Assembly (NCBI GenBank): GCA_027306755.1
Contig: DAHUZE010000045.1
Span: 317-64,316 of the forward strand
Direction: 5' to 3'
Source: Acidimicrobiaceae bacterium
Lineage (GTDB): Bacteria; Actinomycetota; Acidimicrobiia; Acidimicrobiales; RAAP-2
Length of the DNA stretch: 64,000 nt
Shown here: piece after piece, positions 39,392 to 48,145 of the stretch
Layout of the letters: each line of letters begins with the position of its first letter
Numbering within the stretch: position 1 is the first letter of the stretch
The notes under the pieces: model-generated
Databases searched by the model: none
The model's input: the letters and a program-made list of their open reading frames with translations, nothing else
What the model was told of the DNA's origin: nothing
Position numbers and translations under genes: made by a program

Positions 39392-39487
39392 GGAGGTGTC
39401 CAGGCGCCTGGTGGGCCTCCCCGCCTTCAAAGCGGGTGGGACGGGTAGACCCCGTCCGGCGGGTTCGATTCCCGTCCACCTCCGCCA
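39392..39487 (+). tRNA. selC: tRNA-Sec (anticodon UCA)
   Basis: 96 nt. Acceptor GGAGGUG pairs with CACCUCC, followed by discriminator G and an encoded CCA. Anticodon loop CUUCAAA with TCA at 39427..39429. 7-bp variable arm GGACGGG/CCCGUCC with loop UAGAC. T arm GGCGGG-UUCGAUU-CCCGUC. Acceptor plus T stems total 13 bp, as expected for tRNA(Sec). Lies immediately 3' of selD. Confidence 0.85.
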
Positions 39488-39521
39488 ATCTCCGGGTGGC
39501 CCGCCGCCGCATTTGCGCCCG

Positions 39522-40169
39522 ATGGCCCCTGCCCGGCAGCATCTTGCCATCGAGCACGAGCGGACCTATCGAGCCACCGTCGGATCCCAGGCGGTCGACC
39601 TGCCCCTCGTGCAGGTGGCGGACGACGTCACCATCGCGCTGCTCATCTGCGTGGACCACGGCGTCGCCTTCTCCGAGACCGCCGGGCGGGAGCTGGCCGA
39701 CCTGCTGCGGGACGCCGAGCCCGATGTGGTCGTGTCGGTGGCGACCATGGGCATCCCCCTGGCCATCGAGGTGACGCGGGCCCTCGGCCACGACGACTAC
39801 GTCATCTTGCACAAGACCCCCAAGATCCACCTCGGCAACACATGGGCCGAGCCCGTGCGCTCGATCACCACCGGAGCCGACCAGACGCTGCGCCTGGACC
39901 CCGCCCGGGTGGACGCGGTGCGGGGGCGGCGCGTCGCGGTGGTGGACGACGTGGTTTCCACCGGCGCCTCGCTCCGGGCTGCGCTGAACCTGCTCCGCAG
40001 GGCCGGCGCCAATCCGGTGGTGGTCGGCTCCTTCCTGATCGAGGGGCAGCAGTGGCGCGGGGCCCTCGGGCCGGACGCAGCCCTCGTGCGCTCGCTCGGC
40101 GCCATCCCCCTCTTCCATGCCGGGGCAGACGGGCACCTGGTGGAGGACTGGTCGGGTGACCCGAGCTGA
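39522..40169 (+). CDS. phosphoribosyltransferase-domain protein (APRT-like, function unknown)
   Basis: PRPP-binding loop RVAVVDDVVSTGAS. ATG 39522 chosen because the tracked start 39396 lies inside the tRNA(Sec) gene. Confidence 0.7.
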   Translation: MAPARQHLAIEHERTYRATVGSQAVDLPLVQVADDVTIALLICVDHGVAFSETAGRELADLLRDAEPDVVVSVATMGIPLAIEVTRALGHDDYVILHKTPKIHLGNTWAEPVRSITTGADQTLRLDPARVDAVRGRRVAVVDDVVSTGASLRAALNLLRRAGANPVVVGSFLIEGQQWRGALGPDAALVRSLGAIPLFHAGADGHLVEDWSGDPS

Positions 40170-40188
40170 GGCGCCGGGCGGAGAGGGG

Positions 40189-41277
40189 ATGCAGGTGGAC
40201 TGGCTGCTGCCCGAGAGCGTGAGCACGCCGGCCCTCGTCGTGGACCACGGCGCGCTGGTCGCCAACGTGGCCACCATGGCGAGCCGGATGCGCGAACGCG
40301 GCATCGCCCTGCGTCCCCACGCCAAGACCCACAAGTCGCTCGACGTGGCCGCCCTCCAGCGCGCCCACGGCGCGGCGGGGCTGACCGTGGCTACCGTGGG
40401 CGAGGCGGAGGTGTTCGCAGCCGGCGGTCACGACGACCTCTTCATCGCCTATCCGGTCGCCGCCCAACGTGACAAGGCCGAACGGCTGGTCCGCCTCTCC
40501 GGCGAGACGCGGCTGAGCCTCGGGGTCGACTCCGTGCAGGGTGCCGAGCTGCTGGTGGCCGGCGGCCTCGGCGGGCGGATCTCGGTCCTGGTGGAGGTGG
40601 ACACCGGGGGCCATCGGACCGGCGTGCCGCCCGGGGACGCCGGGCGCCTGGCGGAGGCGGTCTCCGACCTCGGGCTCGAGGTGGGCGGCATCTTCACCCA
40701 CGGCGGCCACGGCTACTGGTCGGTGGACGCCCCGGGCGGGGCGGCCCGCGACGAGGTGGAGCGGCTGGCCGTCGCCGCAGAGTCACTGGCAGTCCGTGGG
40801 ATGAGCGCAGGGCGGGTGAGCGCCGGGTCCACCCCCACGGCGCTCGGCTCGGCGTCCGCCCCGGTCAACGAGGAGCGGCCCGGCACGTACGTGTTCAACG
40901 ACCGCCAGCAGCTGCAACTGGGGGCCGCCGAGCCGGCGCAGGTCGCCTTGGCGGTGGCGGCCACGGTGGTCAGCACCGCCGTGGCCGGCCAAATGGTCAT
41001 CGACGCCGGCAGCAAGTCCCTCGGCAGCGACCGCCCGCCGTGGCTCGAAGGGTTCGGCATCATCCCCGAACTGGGCGGCGCCGTCGTGACCTCGATGTCC
41101 GAGTGCCACGGGATCGTCGCCATCGGGGACCGCACGCCGCCGGCGGTCGGGACGATGCTGCGCGTGGTGCCCAACCACGTGTGCCCGGTCGTCAATCTCT
41201 TCGACGAGATCGTCCTCGTGGACGGGGGGCGGTTGGTCGACCGGTGGCCGGTGTCGGCCCGCGGCCACCTGTCCTGA
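40189..41277 (+). CDS. D-serine dehydratase-like / D-threonine aldolase family PLP enzyme (alanine-racemase-N fold, DSD1 type)
   Basis: PALVVDHGALVANV, PLP-lysine context LRPHAKTHKS, and C-terminal SECHGIV...RVVPNHVCPVVNL. GGAGAGGGG precedes ATG 40189. Confidence 0.75.
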   Translation: MQVDWLLPESVSTPALVVDHGALVANVATMASRMRERGIALRPHAKTHKSLDVAALQRAHGAAGLTVATVGEAEVFAAGGHDDLFIAYPVAAQRDKAERLVRLSGETRLSLGVDSVQGAELLVAGGLGGRISVLVEVDTGGHRTGVPPGDAGRLAEAVSDLGLEVGGIFTHGGHGYWSVDAPGGAARDEVERLAVAAESLAVRGMSAGRVSAGSTPTALGSASAPVNEERPGTYVFNDRQQLQLGAAEPAQVALAVAATVVSTAVAGQMVIDAGSKSLGSDRPPWLEGFGIIPELGGAVVTSMSECHGIVAIGDRTPPAVGTMLRVVPNHVCPVVNLFDEIVLVDGGRLVDRWPVSARGHLS

Positions 41278-41341
41278 ACGGGGCGAGCCCGGGGCCAGAA
41301 CGCCGGGGACCGCGCCCGCGACCGGGGCATCGCACCGCGGC

Positions 41342-42601
41342 TCAGCGCAGGGGGTCGAGCGGCGCCAGGGGCGCCGGGGTGGCACCGGTGGCGATCTGGA
41401 CGGCCAGGAGCGACCCGGTGAGCGGACCCAGCGTCACGCCCCACATCCCATGCCCGCCGGCCACGTAGAGCCCCGGGGTGGCCGTCGCACCCACCAGGGG
41501 GACGCCGTCGGCGGCCACCGGCCGCGCCCCCATCCACTGGTCGGCCATCGTGGACCAGTCCAGGTCCACCAGGAGATGGCGGACGGCCCGCACCATGTGG
41601 TGGAAGCGGGCTCGCTGCGGGGGGGCGTCGGGGGAGCCGAACTCCATGATCCCGGCAAATCGGGCCCGGTCGCCCTGCGGGGTCACCGCCACCCGGGCCA
41701 CCGGGAAGTAGACCGGCTCCCGGAACGGCTCGGGCGTGGCCACCGTGAAGCTGTAGCCCCGGCCGCCGTAGACGGGGACCCGCACCCCGTGGCCGGCGAG
41801 AAGGCCCCCAGCCCAGGCGCCCGCGGCCACCACCACCGCGTCGGCCTCCAGCTCGCCCTGCGGCCCGGTGGCCACCAGCACGTCGCGGCGGCGCTCGACC
41901 TTGGTGACCACCGTGTCCTCCACGATCTTGCCCCCCCGGTCCCGGACGCTCTTGGCGAGGGCGGGAACGTACTGCTGCGGGGTGAGGTACTGCTGGCCCC
42001 GCACCGCCACGCCGATCGCCACCTTGCCCGAGAGGTGCGGTTCTGCGGCGAGGGTCTCCGCAGCGGTGAGCAGCGCGACCTCGGTGGCCTGGCCGGCCGC
42101 CACCACCGCCTCGATCTCGTGCAGGAAGGCACCGGTCTCCGCCGGGTGCTCGAAGCACGCCACGACGTCCCCGCGGGTGAGCTCCACCTCTACACCGCCG
42201 GCGCGCTGGTGCTCGTAGGACTCGACAGCCATCTCGTTGAGCACCCGGTAGGCGTCCATGCCGCGGCGCCACGCCCTGGTGGTGCACGAGCGGACCATGG
42301 CGGCCATGAAGCGCACCAACCGGGGGTCCGCGGACCGGACGAAGGCGACGGGGGAGCGGGGGCTCAACGCGGCGCGGACGCCGTAGCGCAGGATGCCGGG
42401 CTCTGGGAGGGGCACGGACATGGCCGGCGACACCAGGCCGGCGTTCTGCCAGGACGCGCCGGCGCCGGGGCGGCCGCGGTCCACCACGCACACCTCGACC
42501 CCGTGCTCCTGGAGGCTCCATGCGCACGACATGCCGACGAGGCCCGAGCCGATGACCAGGACCCGGGACGGGGCACGGTAGCCGCCTGCCGTCTGGCGCA
42601 C
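41342..42601 (-). CDS. FAD-dependent oxidoreductase, D-amino-acid-dehydrogenase-like
   Basis: RVLVIGSGLVGMSCAWSL...VVDRG...ASWQNAGLV. GTG start with GGAGG 5 nt upstream. Confidence 0.75.
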   Translation of the reverse strand: MRQTAGGYRAPSRVLVIGSGLVGMSCAWSLQEHGVEVCVVDRGRPGAGASWQNAGLVSPAMSVPLPEPGILRYGVRAALSPRSPVAFVRSADPRLVRFMAAMVRSCTTRAWRRGMDAYRVLNEMAVESYEHQRAGGVEVELTRGDVVACFEHPAETGAFLHEIEAVVAAGQATEVALLTAAETLAAEPHLSGKVAIGVAVRGQQYLTPQQYVPALAKSVRDRGGKIVEDTVVTKVERRRDVLVATGPQGELEADAVVVAAGAWAGGLLAGHGVRVPVYGGRGYSFTVATPEPFREPVYFPVARVAVTPQGDRARFAGIMEFGSPDAPPQRARFHHMVRAVRHLLVDLDWSTMADQWMGARPVAADGVPLVGATATPGLYVAGGHGMWGVTLGPLTGSLLAVQIATGATPAPLAPLDPLR

Positions 42602-42792
42602 ACGAACCTCCTCTCGCTCCGCCCCGCCCGTGGCGAACCCTTGCTCTCACGGCCGGCGGTGCCGCCGGCCAGCGGCCCACGATGGACCGCCCGGTGGCAC
42701 GCTATGACGGAATGGCTCGGCTCACGAGGGATCCGACGACGAACTTCCGTGCGCCCCGTGGTCGGACCGCACAATGCCCCTTTTTCTGCGGG

Positions 42793-44475
42793 TCAGGAGG
42801 AGAGGCGCGGCGCGAAGGCGAACCGGGCGTCGCCGTGCTGGCCCAGCTCCCACAGCCGCAGGCGCAGCATGGCCCCGAACCGTGTGTCGGGGCTCTCGAG
42901 GTCGATGCCGCTGATGGCGCTCAACCGCCGGAGCCGGTACCGGAAGGTGTTGGCGTGCACGTGGACGGACTTTGCCGCCAGCGTCACGTCCCCGAAGGAG
43001 TCCAGGAACGCCACCAGGGTCTCGAGCAGGTTGGCGTGGTGGCGCTGATCGTAGGCGGCAAGCGCGGCGAGGGGTCCCAGGGCCATGTCCTCGTCCTCCA
43101 CCACCAGGTCGACCAGGCGCAGCAGGAGGGAGTCGACCTGCACGTCTACGAAGCGGGCGACGTGGCGGTCCCGGGCGTCCATGCGGAGCACCCGGAGCGT
43201 CTTGTCGGCGTCCTGGCGGGACCGGGCGATCTCGGTGAACGAGCGCGTGGGCCGGCCGACACCCACGAAGTAGGTCCGCGACGGGTCGGTGTAGTCGATG
43301 AAGTCCTGCATGAGGGCAGCGGGGCCCCGCCCGGTGGTGTCGAACTCGTCCACGGGGGACAGGACGGCGTACACGACGTCCTGCACCCTGGCCACCGCCG
43401 AGCGGGGACGGACGGCCTTCAGGTGGACGGACAGGGAGGTCTCCAGGCGCTGGAGCTCGGCCTCGGCCAGCACCGTGTCCGTCCGCCGGGTGGTGGCTGC
43501 CACCACGCAGGAGGGCCCGACGCCGATCCCGAGCCGCCCGGCCATCTCCAGCGCCGCCTGGCCCCCTTCCAGCAGGGTCGCCAGGTGGTCCGACCAGGTG
43601 CGCTGCCGGACGTCGGTCTCGGAGCGCAGGCGCAGCAGATGGAGGGCGACGAGGCGGGCCGCGTCCAGCAGCCACTGCTCGCGCTCGACGGACAGGCGGT
43701 CCTCGGTGGCCACCCAGATGGAGCCCAGCACCTCCTGACCCGCCCGGACGCTCACCGCGGTGCGGGGCTTCATCCCGTCGTAGAGGCCGTCGATGAACAC
43801 GGGCGCGGTGTCGTGCGACATCCGGCGGAGGACCCCGCGCTCGCTCAGCACCTGGATGAAGCGGTCCGGGACCTGGCGTCCGAGGATCGTCTCGGCCCGC
43901 GCCTCGTCCACCCCGCTCTGGTCCTCGGAGAAGGCCAGCACCCGGGAGGAGCGGTCCTCGATGGTCACCGGACCACCCAGGACGGCGCTGATGACTTCGG
44001 CCAGCGTGAACAGGTCGGTGGCAGTGCCGGTGGCCGGCCCGTCGCCGGCCTGTGTGCCCGACACGATCAGCGAGCGGATCAGCACCACGATCTGCTCCCA
44101 GGACGCGCCGTTGGTCAGCTGCACGAGCGGCACACCGGCCCGTTCGGCTGCCGCCACCACGGGGGGGTCCAGCGGCTCGAGCCGCCCCCCGGCGCCCTTG
44201 ACGACCAGCCCGGCGCAGCGGGAGCCGGCCAACCGGCCCACGAGGGACCGCTGGTCCTCGGAGTCGCGCATGCCCACGCCCAGCACGAGGTCCCCCGGCG
44301 CCACCGCCGGCTCGTCCACGGCGTCCCAGATGACGATGTCCAGGACGTCCCTTCCCCCGCCGGCAGGGAGCCATCGGGCGTCCAGCAGGCTCGGGCCCAG
44401 CGCGGTCATCACCCGGGCCAGGGACACCCGCGAGCGCAGGGGGTCGTTCATGGGTCGCGTCGTGCGGTCCGCCAC
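42793..44475 (-). CDS. PucR-family transcriptional regulator
   Basis: C-terminal HTH TLAAKSVHVHANTFRYRLRRLSAISGIDL. N-terminal PucR-like and GGDEF-like middle region. Alternative start at ATG 44451. Confidence 0.8.
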   Translation of the reverse strand: MADRTTRPMNDPLRSRVSLARVMTALGPSLLDARWLPAGGGRDVLDIVIWDAVDEPAVAPGDLVLGVGMRDSEDQRSLVGRLAGSRCAGLVVKGAGGRLEPLDPPVVAAAERAGVPLVQLTNGASWEQIVVLIRSLIVSGTQAGDGPATGTATDLFTLAEVISAVLGGPVTIEDRSSRVLAFSEDQSGVDEARAETILGRQVPDRFIQVLSERGVLRRMSHDTAPVFIDGLYDGMKPRTAVSVRAGQEVLGSIWVATEDRLSVEREQWLLDAARLVALHLLRLRSETDVRQRTWSDHLATLLEGGQAALEMAGRLGIGVGPSCVVAATTRRTDTVLAEAELQRLETSLSVHLKAVRPRSAVARVQDVVYAVLSPVDEFDTTGRGPAALMQDFIDYTDPSRTYFVGVGRPTRSFTEIARSRQDADKTLRVLRMDARDRHVARFVDVQVDSLLLRLVDLVVEDEDMALGPLAALAAYDQRHHANLLETLVAFLDSFGDVTLAAKSVHVHANTFRYRLRRLSAISGIDLESPDTRFGAMLRLRLWELGQHGDARFAFAPRLSS

Positions 44476-44527
44476 CGGCAGGACATGCTAGTTGCCCAGG
44501 CGGTGATCACATCTCGGGCCCCCGGGT

Positions 44528-46252
44528 TCACGAGCCGGCCCCGCTGTCCACGGGCAGGCGCAGGCGTGACGGGACCGCGCCCCCGAAGCGGACCGTGTTG
44601 CGGGCCACCCGGGGCTCGGACAGCTCCGCCACGTGCCCGAACCGGTTGAGCGAGCGGGCGAACCACGGGAAGTCGCTGCTCGTCACCGTGACCCGCACCC
44701 GGTGCCCGGGGAGGAAGACGTGGTGGGTCGGCCACAGCTCCACGTCGAACCGGTACGTCTCCCCGGGGACGATCGGCTCGGGGTCCTCCAGCGAGCTCCG
44801 GCACGCGGCCCGCAGGCAGCCCTGCGTCACCCGGAAGGACCGCCCGTCGGGGTGGACGTCGGTGAGCTTCACGTGCCAGTCCGTGTCGTCGCCGTCGGAG
44901 GAGCCGAACAGCTCCAGCGTGGGCCAGCCCGAGACCGTGAGCTCCCCGGCCAGGGGCTCGCCGGTGAAGCAGACGACGTCGTCCCGGGCCTCGGTCTCCG
45001 TCTGCTCCATGGTCACGTCCTCCAGGGGGTACCTGCGGATGTCCATGGGCGTGGTGGCCGGGTCCTCGGGGTCGTAGCGGAAGTCCAGGGCGCCGGCCTG
45101 CACCGGGGCCGTGGGCGCCAGGGTGCACGGGCCGAGGTACAGCGAGCGCTCGCCGTCGGACAGCGGCCAGCTCGGCGCCCCCCGCCATGCGTTGCGGCCG
45201 GGCTCGAACACGCGGACCCGCTCCACCGACGCGAGACCCGTGTCCCTGCCCTTGAGCCAGTGGTCGAACCAGCGGAGGTGCTCGGCGTCCATGTCCCACG
45301 CCGCCGCGGGGCCGAAGTCCAGCCCGCCGCACTCGCGGTCGGGGTACCGGGACTTCACGTGGCTCCAGGGCCCCACGAGCAGGTACTGGTGGTCCCGGGC
45401 CGGCGACGCCTGCATGCCCTCGTAGTGGTGGAAGGCGCCGAGCAGGTCCTCGAGGTCGTACCACCCCGTGACGTGGAGGCAGGGCACGTCGATCTGGCCG
45501 TACCGCTCGTCGTACCGCAGCGACCGCCAGAAGTCGTCCAGCGTGTCGTGGGTGGTGAGCAGCGCCCAGTTGTCCCCGCTGGCGTCGATCACCGAGCCCA
45601 GGGCGCCGACCGGCAGGGTGCGCAGGACGGTGTCCCAGTCGGTGGCCTCCACGCCGTGGGCCTCCTCGATGCGCCGGCGGGTGGCGTAGGCCCACCAGGC
45701 GAAGTACAGCTGGAAGACGCCGTTGGTGAACGGGATCTCCTGCTGCCAGCGCCCGGCGGCGGACGTGGAGATCATGGCCTTCAGGTGGGCCGGCCGCTGC
45801 GACGCCCCCGCCCACTGGACCCATCCCATGTAGCTGAGGCCGGTGGTGCCCACGTTGCCGTCGCACCACGTCTGGGCCGCCACCCACTCGATCACGTCGT
45901 GGGTGTCCGCGGGGTCGTTGGCGAACGCCACCCACTCACCCTCGGACTTTCCCCGTCCGCGCACGTCCACGGCAACGAACACGTAGCCGTTGGACCGCCA
46001 CAGGTTGGCGTCGTCGGCCATCAGCGCCTCGCCGTCCTTGTTGTACGGGGTGAGCTCGACCACCGCGGGCACCGCACCCAGCGTTTCGTCGGTGGGCAGG
46101 TAGACGTCGGCCGCCAGCTCGGCGCCGTCCCGCATGGGGATCCCCACCTCGAGGATGCGACGGGCGGCCAGCGCCTCCACGCGGGCCGCCCAGCGGCGGA
46201 AGGGCGTCCGCTCCCCGCCGGCCGTGGCCGCTCCCTCAGTCACAGGGCCCAC
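44528..46252 (-). CDS. CocE/NonD-family (S15 X-Pro dipeptidyl-peptidase-like) hydrolase
   Basis: IPMRDGAELAADVYLP...ELTPYNK, DVRGRGKSEGEW, and a large C-terminal beta-sandwich domain. Confidence 0.8.
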   Translation of the reverse strand: MGPVTEGAATAGGERTPFRRWAARVEALAARRILEVGIPMRDGAELAADVYLPTDETLGAVPAVVELTPYNKDGEALMADDANLWRSNGYVFVAVDVRGRGKSEGEWVAFANDPADTHDVIEWVAAQTWCDGNVGTTGLSYMGWVQWAGASQRPAHLKAMISTSAAGRWQQEIPFTNGVFQLYFAWWAYATRRRIEEAHGVEATDWDTVLRTLPVGALGSVIDASGDNWALLTTHDTLDDFWRSLRYDERYGQIDVPCLHVTGWYDLEDLLGAFHHYEGMQASPARDHQYLLVGPWSHVKSRYPDRECGGLDFGPAAAWDMDAEHLRWFDHWLKGRDTGLASVERVRVFEPGRNAWRGAPSWPLSDGERSLYLGPCTLAPTAPVQAGALDFRYDPEDPATTPMDIRRYPLEDVTMEQTETEARDDVVCFTGEPLAGELTVSGWPTLELFGSSDGDDTDWHVKLTDVHPDGRSFRVTQGCLRAACRSSLEDPEPIVPGETYRFDVELWPTHHVFLPGHRVRVTVTSSDFPWFARSLNRFGHVAELSEPRVARNTVRFGGAVPSRLRLPVDSGAGS

Positions 46253-46264
46253 GGGGCCGCTCCA

Positions 46265-47110
46265 TCAGTCATAGGTGTAGGGGTTGGCCGCCAGCGCCGC
46301 TCCGCCCAGCGCCAGGAGCACCCGCAGGAACCGGTAGAGGACCACGACGTCGTCGCCGGTGGCGGCGATCTCGCGCGGGGCCACCCGGGTGACGCCGGGG
46401 ATGTTGGCGCACAGGGCGGCGGTGGAGGTGGAATTCCAGCTCACCCGGAGGGTGGTGGGCGTCTCCACCCGGTAGGGGGCGAAGTCGCCCAGGCGCCCGA
46501 GGGCCCGGGCCGCGCCCTCCCGGATGCGCTGGCGGGCCACGCTCGGATGGACCGACAGCGCCGTGTACTTGTCGATGGCCGTCTTGACCTCGACCGCCTC
46601 CACGTCGCCCAGGACCTCCCTGGCCTCGGCGCAGACCACGTCGTCCCCGGTCACCAGGGCCACCGGCACCCCGAGCGCGCCTGCGACGCCGGCGTTCAAA
46701 CGGAGCTCGCCCGCCGGCTCTGTGTTCAAGAAGACGCCCAGCAGGTCGTGCCCCCGCATCGTGTGGTTGAGCACCCCGTCCGCCCCCCCGGCACGGCCGT
46801 GGTAGCCGACGAACATGGTTGCGTCCACACCGGTGTCGATGCCCTGGACCATGCCCAGGGACTTCGTCCGCCCCCGCACCACCGACGCCCGGTGGTCGAG
46901 CTCCTCCTGGAGCAGGTTGAGCATCGTGCCGTGGGAGTCGTTCACGACCACCTCGGTGGCGCCGGCATCGAAGCAGCCCTCGATGGCCGCGTTGCACTCG
47001 GCGGTCATGAGCCGCCGGCAGTACTCGTAGTGGGGGGCGCCCACCGTGGTGTCGGCGCCGTCGGCCACGCCGCCGATGCCTTCCATGTCGACCGAGATGT
47101 GGACCTTCAT
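46265..47110 (-). CDS. M55-family D-aminopeptidase (DppA-like)
   Basis: MKVHISVDMEGIGGV...EVVVNDSHGTMLNL and FVGYHGRAG. Confidence 0.85.
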   Translation of the reverse strand: MKVHISVDMEGIGGVADGADTTVGAPHYEYCRRLMTAECNAAIEGCFDAGATEVVVNDSHGTMLNLLQEELDHRASVVRGRTKSLGMVQGIDTGVDATMFVGYHGRAGGADGVLNHTMRGHDLLGVFLNTEPAGELRLNAGVAGALGVPVALVTGDDVVCAEAREVLGDVEAVEVKTAIDKYTALSVHPSVARQRIREGAARALGRLGDFAPYRVETPTTLRVSWNSTSTAALCANIPGVTRVAPREIAATGDDVVVLYRFLRVLLALGGAALAANPYTYD

Positions 47111-47204
47111 GCTTGCTCCCTTCTGGCCGGCTCAGCCGCCGGGGCCGGCTCAGCCGGCTCAGCCGCCGGACCGCCACGTCGCCGTCCGCTCCGGTGACCC
47201 ACCG

Positions 47205-48134
47205 TCAGCGCTGCCGCAGCCGGACGTCCAAGGCGTCCCGGGTGGCGTCCCCGAGCAGGTTGAAGGCCACCACGGTCAGCACGATGCACAAGCCCGCCGG
47301 GTAGATCTGCCACCAGTAGCCGTCGAAGATGTAGTTCAGCCCTGTGGTGAGCATCCCGCCCCAGTTGACCGCCGGCGGCGGGGGACCCAGCCCGAGGAAG
47401 CTCAAGGTGGCCAGCAGAAGGATGGCGTTGGCCACCTCGAACGTGGCCTGCACCGCCACGATCCCGATGACGTTGCGGACCACGTGGCGCAGGACGATGC
47501 GCACCGGGCGCTCGCCGGCCAGCCGGGAGGCGCTCACGTAGTCCAAGGTGCGCAGGACAAGCACCTCGCCCCGCACCAGGCGGGCGGTGATGATCCACGA
47601 GACGAAGCCCAGGACGTAGATCATCGTGAGCACGCTGGGGGTGACGATCGTAGCCAGCAGGAGGACGAGCAGCACCGTGGGGATGGCGATCAGCGCGTCC
47701 ACCACCCGCATCATCACCGAGTCGACCCAGCCGCCGACGAAGGCCGACACCGCGCCCCACACCGTCCCGATGCCGACGGCGATGACCGCCGCCGCCAGGC
47801 CCACCTCGAGGGACGACTGGCCGGCCACCATCAGGCGCCCCAGCACGTCGTAGCCGACCTGGTCGGTTCCCAGGGGGAACTTGCCGCCCGGCGCCAGGTT
47901 CACCTGGGTCAGGTTCGTGTTGACCTGCTGGGTGTGGTACACGAGGGGGCCCACAAAGCTGAAGAGGGCCATGAGGACGATGATGCCCAGGCCCGCCACG
48001 CCCAGGTAGTTGCCCAGCAGCTCGCCCGCCGCGGTGCGCCACGCGCTCCTGGCCTCGCCCGCGGCCGGCTGCTCCGGCTCCCCGCCCAGCACCACCGCGC
48101 CGGGGCTGAGGATGTTGTCGCCCACGTCGAGCAT
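47205..48134 (-). CDS. peptide ABC transporter permease (DppC/OppC-like)
   Basis: Polytopic membrane protein with EAA loop DYVSASRLAGERPVRIVLRHVVRN. ATG 48134 lies 11 nt after the upstream stop. Confidence 0.85.
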   Translation of the reverse strand: MLDVGDNILSPGAVVLGGEPEQPAAGEARSAWRTAAGELLGNYLGVAGLGIIVLMALFSFVGPLVYHTQQVNTNLTQVNLAPGGKFPLGTDQVGYDVLGRLMVAGQSSLEVGLAAAVIAVGIGTVWGAVSAFVGGWVDSVMMRVVDALIAIPTVLLVLLLATIVTPSVLTMIYVLGFVSWIITARLVRGEVLVLRTLDYVSASRLAGERPVRIVLRHVVRNVIGIVAVQATFEVANAILLLATLSFLGLGPPPPAVNWGGMLTTGLNYIFDGYWWQIYPAGLCIVLTVVAFNLLGDATRDALDVRLRQR

Positions 48135-48145
48135 GTTGCGGAAGG

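Noticed and set aside
39396-39521. Tracked start of ORF 39396..40169
   Set aside because: These codons lie inside the tRNA(Sec) gene. The phosphoribosyltransferase most likely starts at ATG 39522.
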